NCBI RefSeq assembly: GCF_031769215.1
Contig: NW_026782016.1
Span: 1,054,001 to 1,118,000 of the forward strand
Direction: 5' to 3'
DNA: 64,000 bases
Source: Ylistrum balloti
Lineage: Eukaryota
The stretch's first letter is position 1. Every line of letters starts with the position of its first letter. Of the stretch, positions 52,486 to 64,000 are shown one piece after another. The notes below the pieces were generated by a model. It was not told the origin of the DNA. It made no database searches and saw nothing but the letters and a program-made list of their open reading frames with translations. The translations under genes and the position numbers were made by a program.

Positions 52486-55400
52486 CTATTCTAGGAGACG
52501 AAACTCGGCATGTGTTGTCTGATTCGTAGCCATGACTGTGGCACGTACAGACAGCTCCGTTCCCCCGAACTTCATGTTGACTTTCACGCCACGGTCAGAT
52601 GTAGGCACGTCCATTGGAAGACAAACTAGCAATTGTCCTATATATGAACACAGTTCTGTATCACAATACTCTGGGTCATACTTGTCTGTTATATACACTT
52701 TAACAGCCATTTCCTCCCTGTCGTCCAAAGGATGATAGTCTATTGTCTGTGTTTCTTCATCAATACGTACGGACTGACCTTTCTTTACATGCTTGGAGAA
52801 CCGGTCTTCGCAGTACAGTTTACCTTTAACCATAGTTTTAGTAATGTCAGGGTCCAGATTTTTCCTGAACAGAGAAGATGATTGTATACCATACGTGTGT
52901 TTCATTACACGAAGAGATACAACCCGAGTATCAAACCCGAACAGAACTGCTCCCTTTAAGACTGAAAGCCCCGCCTCTTCTGGAATTATCACCCTTTTCG
53001 TGTGACCGAATCTCTCTTTGATAGCATTGCTTAGCATTGGAGACTCAGAAAACCCTCCAACCATCAGAATATCGGATGTTCCAGCCGTTTCCTCCTTATC
53101 AAGAATTCGTTCGACATGCGCTACAATCAATGCACACGTTGTTTCGAAAAGTTTCTTTGCTTCTGTGACATCGACACGCAACCTGTCACCTTTCCAGATA
53201 AGTTTTCGGTTTCTGTGATGACCCTGTGTGGTACTGAGTGGGCTATTTTTCATTTCTTCATAAACGTCACGGAGAACAGGTGGAACAGTAAAGGTTATCC
53301 TATTTTCAATATCTGGAGATATAGTGCGCTTCTTTGTTTCGAATTCACGGAAAATATCAATATAGGAATCCATGTATTTAGCTTTGAATGCCTCCCAAAT
53401 GTTCTGACCTACAAGCTCTTCTAAAAATGCCTCATACGCCTCGTCCACTTTGGTCCCTCCCCAATCTCCTCCGTTTGCCATATACACCTGATGGAGAGTA
53501 CCATTCTCTTGAACCCTCTGAACGGTGATGTCAATTGTGCCACCTGAAATTGAAATGAAAGTGGTATGAAAGTAGAGTGGCTATAACGACCCGATTGTTG
53601 TAAGAAATCCAGTCATAAGCAGGTTTAGCGGCTTCTGTCGTCAACTTTCACGGCTCCTTGAGTTAAATTTGACTTCTTATATCATACAGGCCGTAACACC
53701 GTCAAAGTGAGGAAATTGGACACAGATTGTACACCTTAGTCATGACTTTGTTAATGAACTAGCCTCTAGTGAATAAATGGCGGCTCTTACGGAAGAAATT
53801 GGTCTTGAATTTGCCAATAATTAGATTTACAGTCCATATTTTGTAAAAGTAAAAATAAATATTAGCATCTCGGATTTGTTTTCTATTCTGGTGAGTTACA
53901 TTCCTAGTGACATAAATATATGGGGTTCTTTGGGTTTGGTATCCACGGCAACTTTCTATTAGCCTAACATATCCTAACACCACAGGTAATTACGACATTC
54001 TTACTAATCAATGGCCAATCAACAGATGTTATGGAGGTTTATGACCGATTTCCTTATTAGTGTAAACATAACCATTTATCTATAAGAAAGTCACGGAAGA
54101 CCGAAAATGTCAGTCAGTAGGATATATGTATATATCTCAGTCAGCAATAGTCTATGATTCTGTGTCCATAGTTACAGGATAATGTCACTCTCATATCATA
54201 TATGAATAAAATATTCCAATGCTAATTAACTGTAACTGAAAAGAGTTCTCCACAACCAATCCGCTGTTTTTCTTGGACCTTCCATATGGAGACATTAGAG
54301 AACTATGTTATTCCCAACAAATACATACCTGTCCGATTCCACATACGTTTGTTCACAGAAAATACAAATCTTCATCGTTTTGTAAGTTTGTAGAGCATGT
54401 GTACTGTACAACATGTGTTACCACGAAGGGAAGGGAACCTTGAGCAAGCGGGCTACACTTGCATAAGGTTCACTCCCCTTAAATAGGCTATACAAGCAAC
54501 AACGTAGACAATCAGTTGCTCAGTAAAATATTAAATTAAGTCAATAGTTTAAGAGTATACGTACCGCCTGCGTCCAGTACCAAGTATTTGGTACCAGGAC
54601 ACATCGCCTCTAAGCCAACACCTTCTGCGCCATGCGTCTCCTGCCGCTCTCTCCTGCTCACAGATATGTGCTTACAGTATATAGATGCAGCCTCTGGCTC
54701 CAAGGCAATATCAAGCTGATCAGAATGTATTCCAGCCTGAAAAAAATGTTCAGCTTGTATTCTTTTAAATTTCAAACCAAGACGCTGTCGTGAATTGCAC
54801 ATTGGTGAGTAACACACAAAAAGATGAAATCACGAAGGTCAGTTTCATTAATTTTTGGCAATATTGTATATGATTCTTCTGAAATTGTATTAAGGGGTGT
54901 TGTTCACGCCAGTGCCTTTGTTTTTTCAGTTATGGCCTATGTTTCTATCTACAACATTGAAAGTCTTGCACTTTGCTATAATGTACTCTTATCTTTTAAA
55001 AAAAATCGAATGAATCGTTATTATTTACAACGTAAAGCTGTTCACATGATTTAATTCAAACCAAAAAAAAGAAGTACCTTCTTCGCTGCCTCTCTCATGA
55101 ACTGTTTGGCCTGGTCAGACCAGATGGCGGGGACAGTCAGTACCCAGTTAATTTCATTCTCTTTTATTCCAACATTTGCGACACGTTCGTTGATGTTTCT
55201 CAGTGTTTCTTGCCGTAGATAGCTAATAATTGCCGAGAACACCTTTATCGCGTTCATAGATTTTCCTTTGTCGTCTTTAAGAATGGAATGCCAGGTAATA
55301 TTCTGTAGAATATCAATAAGGTGGTTATGAAATGTATGTGATAAGGACAAAGTGTACATGCAGGTTAATACTTTAGAATTATTTATCAAAACAATACTTA

Positions 55401-56053
55401 TACGGATGGATCATGAACTGAAGACTTTGAGGAACTATTCGACTGCAGTCAGCATTAGGATGCTTTTACACACCACTGACTGTATGCACCACTCGATCAC
55501 CTGTCTTATGTAGCTAAAAGATATGACGAATATCAGACTACATCTAAAAATATATATACCTTTTTGGAACTCTCTGTTACCTCTGATTTTTTAATTTTTT
55601 TTTTTTTTTATGGAAGAAGCACAAATTGTCCACCATACCAAATTTGCTTTCTGTCCTGTTTACATGTTCAATGACGCACATTATTCAAACAGGACATGCA
55701 CTTAGCAGTTTATGCTAAGATTGCTCATTACTTACAGGGTTGTTATAAAGCATCATCTTGAATCGGCGAAAGTAATACCAGTCTTGGTGCTCGTTTGTAA
55801 GCGTCAACTCCGCGTATCTGTTCTCAGCGTCGTATCCAAAAGAGTCGAACTTCCCTTGTGGATTGAAGAGTACACATGTTGGAGCTTTTTGGGAACATCC
55901 ATTTTTAGACATGATACCATAGATCCGAAGACTATGGTGATCGGAAGAATAATCTTTCTGGAAGGCGAAAGCATATCCGGAATATGTTGTTCCAAAGTCA
56001 ATGGCGGCGACTACCAGCTTCGTTTTACTGACCTCTTCTGCGCATGTTGCCAT
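52486..56053 (-). CDS. HSPA12A: HSPA12-type atypical Hsp70 (H5); 4 exons, ~590 aa
   Basis: Exons 56053-55736, 55302-55078, 54736-54565 and 53543-52486, phases 0,0,1, GT-AG. Same motifs as H4, and closest to H4 (NGGDWGGT.VDEAYE, LPMDVP.SDR). Confidence 0.95.
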
Positions 56054-59000
56054 GGTGACGTTCTAAACTATGTTGAAGTATATCTCTTACTGATGTTTAC
56101 CATTTCATTTTTTTCTGAGAAGTAAAATCGAAGCAGAAAAAATACGTTTATTCCTATCTTATACATTGGATTTTAACATTTTGATATCAAAATTGGTTTT
56201 ATCGGAAGATCTATTTTATCACTTGTGTCTCAAGATTCTCGAATACTCATGTGTATGTGTTTACGTTGTTTGATATATGTCTTGTTTCACTGTGGCGTCA
56301 GGTGCAACCATACCTAGATTTTTCACCGTTGTCGTCATTAGAGTTAATAATATAGATATGCGTTGGTTGCTTTTACCTACCTTATGCCAACTAAAAAAAC
56401 TTTCCTATCCATTAAATTACATGTAATTTGATGCTGTGTAGTCATAGATATTTCGGTATCATGCTATACTATATAATCGTGCATTGTTAAAACCTACTTT
56501 GAAAACAAATACGCAGTTTGAAAAAAAAAATCAAATCGCGTTGATTTTGGGACAAGCTCACCGCGCATTGACATTTTTCAGATCACGTCAAAAATTCAAC
56601 GTTCTTTGTTATTTCAATTTCCTAAAAGAAAGGGTCAAGTTTACGTCCTATGATGGTTTTTCAAAGTTGTTTATGAAACATGATATTGTAGCCCACTGTA
56701 GGCACTGTTAAATCAATTTCCTTGTCTCTTAGGGGTAAATTATCTTGAAGTCTTTTTTTTATTAATTTATTGTTTATTACTTTTTGTAATCTTCAAAAGT
56801 CGCTAAGGTTAAGCCATCAGAATCTTATAAACAATGTTGTAGATGCAGACCAAGCCAAGACACTCCAATCCAATCAAACATGGATTATGCTAAATAACGT
56901 ACAATGCGATCTACATAAATTTCATTGCGCACGGTACATGTATACTACGACACTTTCGTGACAAGGGTATGCTGATCAGTCGACCATTACGAACATTGTG
57001 TATTCGTAAAATGAACTCGCTTATATGTCGAAAAATAATCGAAATAGGATGTAGATGTTTTATTTTCGCATTTTTAAAGACTGCATATAACAGAGTTGTT
57101 CCCCGCCCCCGTTTCACACCCCTAATACTGTCACCACAAATTCCTGAAATGTTCAATATCGAAAACGAAAGTACACGATCAATTATGAGGTTTAGCTATC
57201 TTACCGTGTTTTCTGACAGTCACAAATCGTCACAGGATTACATTGTCATGATATCGAGCTCATCATCTCTGTTTGGGCACTGCTTGCAGGAGACGGACGT
57301 CAATGACATTGTCACTGGTGCATAGTTATAGTACGATGTAATTCCGGGTAGGTTAGTTTGTAATTCAAGTCATGTGGGTGTATCAGTTTTATCGGGTACA
57401 CATACGTTTGACCTACATTCCGGTAACTTACGTGTGTACATACCTTACAGTTAGCCATGCAACACCATGTGTAAACAACCAAGACACACTTGATAAAATT
57501 AGACAGAAGTGTAATCGGATTCGTAACATTATAGCTGATCAGTGGAATGCTGTTGATAAAGTTTCTACAAAGAATGGGGACAAATTTGGGTTACAATTAG
57601 AATCTTTCTACATGTATATCACATACGTGGAAGGATGGCCATATTAACATCCAGCGCTTGGTTTTTACCTACGGTATTCTTGAACATTCAAGGTTAATCA
57701 ATCTATTTATCTTCTGTTCATTTCGGTTCAGTTATTTTTAGTTTTGTCTCATTATCGTTAAAATCATTTTTATATAGGTACATATCTTTATTCCATAAGG
57801 TAGACTTTCATTAATTCTTAATCAGATATAAGTTTTTCGGGTTTTTATGCTTGTTCTTTACCTCCTTAAAATAGGAAATATTGTTTCTTTACTTTAACAA
57901 AACTCAGAACTGAACTGTTAGTAATATATATTCACTCTCTGAACATAAGGTTGAGCTCCTTCTGTAAAGCATTCCTGATTAAAAGTGTATTGTGATGGAA
58001 GTTAAAGATATGAAATCTAAAAAATACTGTATTTTGAAATGAAAAAAATGCAAGCGTCTATAAGACATAAATACTATGAAAAATATTGCAATAAAGACAC
58101 ACAAGATAATTAAAATGTCGCAAAACAGTTGTTTATCATCGAATGCATTATGCCGCCAAGAACCTTCAGTTTAGAATTTTGTTGGCAACTAAGAGAACAG
58201 GCGGCCAAAGTAACCATTTGAGAGAAGGAAAATGTTGCAGCAACTGGTAATTCAGCGATTTACAACGCATTACAAAAGTACTTAACAAGTTGTTCGCTTT
58301 AGATTTAAGGGATATGAAGTAAATCAGTCATGACAATTATTGTAATACAATCGTTACAAGTCATCTTAGTAAGATGTTTTCCTCCATTATGAATAAAAAA
58401 ACCTGTGAATTTTATGGTATAGAAATTAAGTATTTTTGTATTTGTTTTAAGTAATGACGTATGTTTGAAAACAAAATACATAAATCAAGTTTTATTTTTG
58501 TAAACATGAATGTATATAGTGTAATTTGTATCTGATGTATAGTTGGTGTATTTTTTCATTTATTTATTTATTTATTTATTTATTTATTTTTTGACATAGT
58601 TTACTTGAATCCAACTCTGTGAAATTGACATACCCGAAGGCACCTGCGTGAGAGTTAGTTATGTAGAGATAAGGTTCTATATTCCCTAACAAAGTAAATA
58701 ATTTACAGATTCTCATGAAAGCCAGATTAATTGGAAATGTAGCTATTTGTGGTACAGTCACATAGTCCTCTTGGATGCGATAGGACTTTCGTGTTGTCAG
58801 CTTTCCTCTTCACCACAAACATATCTATATGTGTGTACCATTGTCGTTTAGGTGTTAGGTACACAAAACATGCCACTCGGTCCCTGGGTAGATAAACACA
58901 CAGAGAGATTAATGGGTGTGTGTCGTGAGCAGTAGGGTCTCTTCAAGCCCTGACCGTAAAAAAATAATGATCGAAACCAAACCTCTGCTGTTTGTTCTCC

Positions 59001-59151
59001 TCTTCTTATCCTAACTTAAGAAGTACTTTCTACTATATCGTCTTCTTAGAAGGACTGGACATGAAATTTAGTACAATCGATCGTTTTAGTGCTCAACTGA
59101 TTTTCAAGAAAACAATTTGTCAGTTTTGTACTGCAATTTTGTTACCTTTAA

Positions 59152-59350
59152 AAGATAAAGTTTTGTTATTATTGTTGGGACGATAATGAATCTGATTGAC
59201 TCTTTCAGAGATAAATATGATTGTTTGTTTGGGCGGTTATTAAACTGATTAACTCTTTAAGAGATAAATGTGATTGTTGTCGGGACAAATATAAAACTTA
59301 TCAACTCTGTAACAGATAAATGTGATTGTTGTTGGAACGATAATAAAACT
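59152..59350. repeat. Degenerate ~53-bp tandem repeat x4
   Basis: gataaa(t)gtgattgttgt.gggac...aaac..aactct recurs at ~59154, 59208, 59262 and 59315. Confidence 0.65.
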
Positions 59351-59976
59351 GGTTTGTATGTCATGATTTGTAATTGTTTACTAGAAACTGCTTTCCTTAA
59401 TAAGATCATTCTGTCAAATAATGACAAAGCAAAACGTTTTGTCAGGGTTTGTGATAATAAGAAAATAGAACTTATGGTAAAACAATAAAAACTTCGAAGA
59501 TCTGCGGTAGGTGTAAGATTATGTATAAACCCAATCTGAAAGTGAAACTTATCTGAAAATACAAATAGGATTAAGATTATTGTTTTCTGAAAAGATTCTA
59601 ACATAACTGACGGTGAATACGGGACTAATACTGTCCTTGATTGATAAATTTGATATATTTGATAGTTGTGGTTAATTGTCGGGACGTTTTATTGAACTAT
59701 ATTGGAATTTCGACTTAAACTAAATTCACAAAGGTGTGTTAGGGATATTTCTTTTATTTCCTCTTCCGTGTATGTGTCGCTACTGCATTGAATCGTACAT
59801 CAGAAATATTTTGTATTTGGAGATTCGTTAGAAGTTGGCTTGGTGTTTGGGAAACGAATGACGTTTCATGATAACTCCGACTGATCCATACAGCACGATC
59901 TGCCTATATAATTAAGATATTTGGTCAAAGTTTACACTATGTTGTTTATGCTAAATAAAACATACACAATAACATA

Positions 59977-60140
59977 CAGTCGAACCTCGTTAACTTGTAT
60001 AAATCGAAATCCCCATTTATTTCGAAGCATTTCGTTGGTCTCTGTCTCACTTTACCCAGAACATTCGGACTTGCTTAAATCGAATACTCGGTTATCTCGA
60101 AGTTTTCTCACCATGGTCCCGCCGAGGTCGAGATAACGAG
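59977..60140 (+). mobile_element. Tc1/mariner-pogo-type MITE with truncated right TIR
   Basis: TA|CAGTCGAACCTCGTTAAC left end, internal tcgaa repeats, right end ...tcgagataacgag lacking the final gttcgactg. Confidence 0.6.
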
Positions 60141-60544
60141 CTGCGATCATTTAAAAATGGGCCTGCGATCTTCTGTTAGAAAATGGCATTGACGATGTAG
60201 CTACCAGCCAATGATCAATTATCATTACACATTATTGATCTGTGTACTTATATCTAGTCTACACATTAAACACTATGATATAAAAGCATGGTTTATACCG
60301 GTATGTACTAATTTGGATTTTCGCTCGCGCAAACCTTTGTCATATCCAAGTACTCTATAAGAAAAAGTATGGGAAACGTTTAAATGCTTAAACGTGTATG
60401 TTAATTTTATTAATATCAGACCACCTCTCATTGTTCACAATCTCGCCACTCGTACCTTACAAGTAATAACAACTAAATTATTATCAAATAATATCAAAAA
60501 TTTAATAAATAGAAAAGCAAGCATCTGTTCAGAAAGCAACTCTA

Positions 60545-62604
60545 TTATCTTCGATGACACATATGTTTACATTTAAAGCACAACGCGAGTGAAGCCATAA
60601 TTAAAATAAGGACACATATGAACGCATACGAAGCGATGATCTGATATGCGGCAAAGAGGTACACTGTTCTGTCACACCAATTACTCGGCTCATGTAGAAG
60701 CTGTTGATAGTGGGGCTCCCAGATATCAAACACCCAAAACGTCCCCGCCACCAGCCAAGCGAACAGAAATGTCGTCAGCATCACATCCATCATTCTGAAG
60801 GTTCGTGACGCAAATGCTCCGTCGCCTTCATGCGCATCGTAAAACGAATCAAGTTCTTCATAACGTTTGCTTTGAATATTATGCCACACTGTTCCAATAA
60901 TCTTTACCATGCCGAAACATCCACCGACCAATAAGTACACAGGAATCTTTCTTTGTCGCGGACATTCATTGAGGTATTTCACACCTATTTAAATGAAATG
61001 AATAAAGATAACAACAAGAATGAAAAGCTCAAGGATTGCAATTAATGCGGCTGCTCTATATGATACACGTTGTTGCTAAACAAGGTGCTGAATTACCCTT
61101 GCCGATAACACTTTCACATTTACTGATCAGACTGCCAATGAAACAATCCTAAAAAAATCTAAAGAAATCATCGGCCCTCCTGCATTAGAAAACCTCTAAC
61201 ATGTAGGTATGATTTTACACTATGAGAGTATCAAATTTGTCGTATATCTTTTGAAGTTAAAACATTTTTAATTAATAGGCAATTATATGTTTAGGCAAAT
61301 TCCTGATTCATCATCACAGACGAAGATTGTCTTTCGAAGCATGGAATATGAATATTGTTACTAGTCACCTTGAGATTAGTTTATTTCAATTTTATTTATT
61401 TATCTATTCATTTTTTATTAATCTATTTATTTTTCGGGTTGTCTTTCTTTGACAACGATCCTGTGTACTACATCTACCCAAATATACCATTGATACAGGT
61501 TCTTGTACATAATATTTGAAAACATGCTTATGGCTGGTTAACTCTAAACATACTAATGATAAAACATTTCTAGGAAATGAATTGAAGCGGATGCTGTTGT
61601 GGGTAGTACTTATTGTTGATATTTCTAGGTAAATGTAGCAGGGAAAAAATATAAGATTTTTCTCGACCAGGATTATATTGTATGACCCTTCTCTGTAAGG
61701 ACTTGAGTATTTGGTTTCTTTTAGTGTATAGCCACAAGGATAACATGCCGTGGTACCACATTACGTTGCCCTAGAATACTTTACTTACCGACGGAGAGCA
61801 TGGTAATAGGTAGCGCCGTGGATATTCCGACAAGTACGGTTATGAAGGCTGAAAATGCCAAAAAAATAAATATGCATTACTGAGTATCTTTGATAAATAA
61901 AGACAATAAAATAATGTTAGGTTTATCAAACTGACCACCCAAGGCCTCCAGAACATACAGGTTCGACAGATCAGGATGGCCATTTTACCTATTTATTGTT
62001 TGTACTAACATCTCTTATTGTGATGTATAGAAAAAATACCACGTGTCTTCACCTATCCTCTCCTAATATCATTCAACTCTGTGATAATGGTCCCACTTAT
62101 ATGGCATATCGACTGGACAACTTTAATATACCGGTGTTTGACACATTTATGTTTATCTCATGTACTAACGACAGGTAAATCAACCGGTTTGAGGTAATTA
62201 TAACTTATCGTATGTTGGTTATTGTTAAACTTGTTAAACGGTGAGATAGAAAAGAACCACTCATCTTTTTTCTGATATTAACACTCTGAGTAAGATGTTT
62301 GCGTTCAGTAATCTGCATAAGTCTCATACTCGAAAAATTATGGATCATTTTCCTTTTATATCAATCAACTATAAGGTGACCAATCGAATTCATCCATGTT
62401 AAGCGCATGGCTGACTGTCTCACCTGTATGGCAAATAAGTCTGCCACTTCGACAAATAAAATCACATGCACCAGTAGCTTCGGCTTTGGCTTCCTGTATT
62501 TGGATGAATATAGCACCATAGTTTCCCTGTTCTGTGTCCACTGATTTACCTCTGGATGACCAGTCTAGTGTTGTTTTACACAGTTCTCGCTGATCGTCGA
62601 AAGA
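60545..62604 (-). CDS. TMEM272: TMEM272-like multi-pass membrane protein; 5'-partial model
   Basis: Exons 62604-62424 (phase 0 in, 1 out), 61848-61789 (TM: FITVLVGISTALPITMLSV) and 60984-60545, joining in frame. Hallmark G-VKYLNECPRQRKIPVYLLVGG, WLVAGTFWVF and WCDRTVYLFA. The ATG exon was not identified. Confidence 0.78.
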
Positions 62605-64000
62605 CTGCAATAGTAAAACAATTCCTAGAACATACCTTAACACGTGCTAAAAATCAACAATTTAAAACTGACTTCTTTTTTTAAATCAACAGTTTCATTG
62701 GTCAGTGTAATAAAATCAGTCAACACAGTTCATGTGTAATATTGCATTGCCGTGAAGGATGTGAATATCGATGCTTTTACAATGCTTTTCACTCGCTATG
62801 TTGTTCCTTGCCATTAAAACAGCTACCTTGTTATGGACACAACACATTTTCTACTTGTGACTGAGATATCTTTATTTGGGGATGGGGGGGGGGGTTGTCA
62901 ATGATTAAAAGCTATTACTTTTGCTTTTAGCATCTCAATTAGGATTGTGAAGGAACATATGTTTAGAGAATGATATACGATTTGTACTTTAATTTGCTGA
63001 GAATATAACATAAGCCTGTTACCAACGGATTATATAAACGGTATTAAATCCAAAATGTCGTCCATTATTTTTCACATGCAGATATCACCTAATTGTACTG
63101 GATATTACTGGATTGTTTACAATAATGCAATTATATCGATGACGTGGTCTAGCTAACCATTCTATCAGCAAATTATCGTATTTTCATCAAACTGTTTTTA
63201 GTTTTCAGGGTGAATGTTTTCATAATATTTCGCCGTGTTTACAATGCAATACCTCATTACGAACTCAGCAGAGGTTAATCCGAATCTCAGAGGGAGCTTC
63301 CGAACGACAATGAGTTAATTGGATACCAACAAAACGTACTACGTCGGTGAATCTTAAAGCCACAATGGCCCCATTTTATCAGACGGTATTTGCATTGAAC
63401 CCAAACAGCTAACAATCATGTTTTAATATTTTTTGTTTTGCCTTTTTTTTCGAAAATTGACAGCATCTTAATTATTCGATGCTGGAATAATTAAGTGATA
63501 AAGCGCCAAATTGTCACCACTACCACTCTTATATTATATACCATTATATATATCGCTGTCATTCTGTTTCTCAGGATTAAAAAAAGTGTGACTGATATTA
63601 ACGGTATCATACTCTAAACGATGAGACTCTTTGTTATTACAGAATCACGGGCGCTATTTCACAACGCTTTAGAAGAATCAAGACTCCTAACCCGAACGAT
63701 TCATATCATGTGCAAGCGAGCGTTTTAATTTCGGTTTTTGCCGAGCATGCCTGTGACTAATAACGATCCCGTTACATGTAACCTTGCCTTGGTTTGAACT
63801 AGTCATTAACATGATAACTTGAAATCATTGTAACGCATGTTTTTATACTCTTAAGTTTAGGAGTCTTTACAAACTGGTTTTGATAATGCATGGGTTATAT
63901 AGGTAACGATCATATTTGCTCTACTCTTTCTCATCTTATGTCATCAAACTGATGTCACTGGTCCTTTGGATGATTTATATTATCAACGAATTCCCTTTCT

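Noticed and set aside
24063-53424. Numerous 60-120-aa ORFs antisense to, or out of frame within, the HSPA12 exons
   Set aside because: They are shadows of real coding exons; many begin at non-ATG codons chosen by the ORF finder.
61097-61148. Extra TMEM272 exon (DCFIGSLISKCESVIGK) and a hydrophobic in-frame stretch at 60990-61075
   Set aside because: The phase (0 in) is incompatible with the flanking phase-1 junctions, and the phase-1 reading hits TAA. The hydrophobic stretch is the pyrimidine tract and ends in a stop.
653-62604. A functionally coupled sulfotransferase-HSPA12-cytokine-TMEM272 'system'
   Set aside because: Adjacency in a eukaryotic genome is not evidence of co-function; no shared regulatory element was seen.

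Overview
AT-rich eukaryotic genomic DNA with GT-AG introns and no prokaryotic features. It is most likely a bivalve mollusc, inferred from the HSPA12 tandem expansion and HINE/Helentron-type repeats. Left to right: (1) two tandem minus-strand Golgi carbohydrate sulfotransferases (Sulfotransfer_2, CHST11/HNK-1ST-like) separated by a ~1.66-kb 28-bp satellite; (2) a TE-rich interval with a decayed CR1-type RT and tRNA-like heads; (3) a convergent HSPA12 (atypical Hsp70) cluster. Its plus arm has ONE set of exons 1-3 followed by THREE tandem copies of the large terminal exon (two intact, one decayed). Its minus arm has two complete 4-exon genes. (4) Between the arms lies a 4-exon minus-strand gene, fragmented in the ORF track, encoding a secreted Cys-rich Spaetzle/neurotrophin-like protein; one of its introns is largely a minisatellite made of copies of its own splice donor. 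(5) At the right end is a TMEM272-like gene whose first coding exon was not found. All gene models were built by hand from splice sites and reading-frame phase; no database searches were run.
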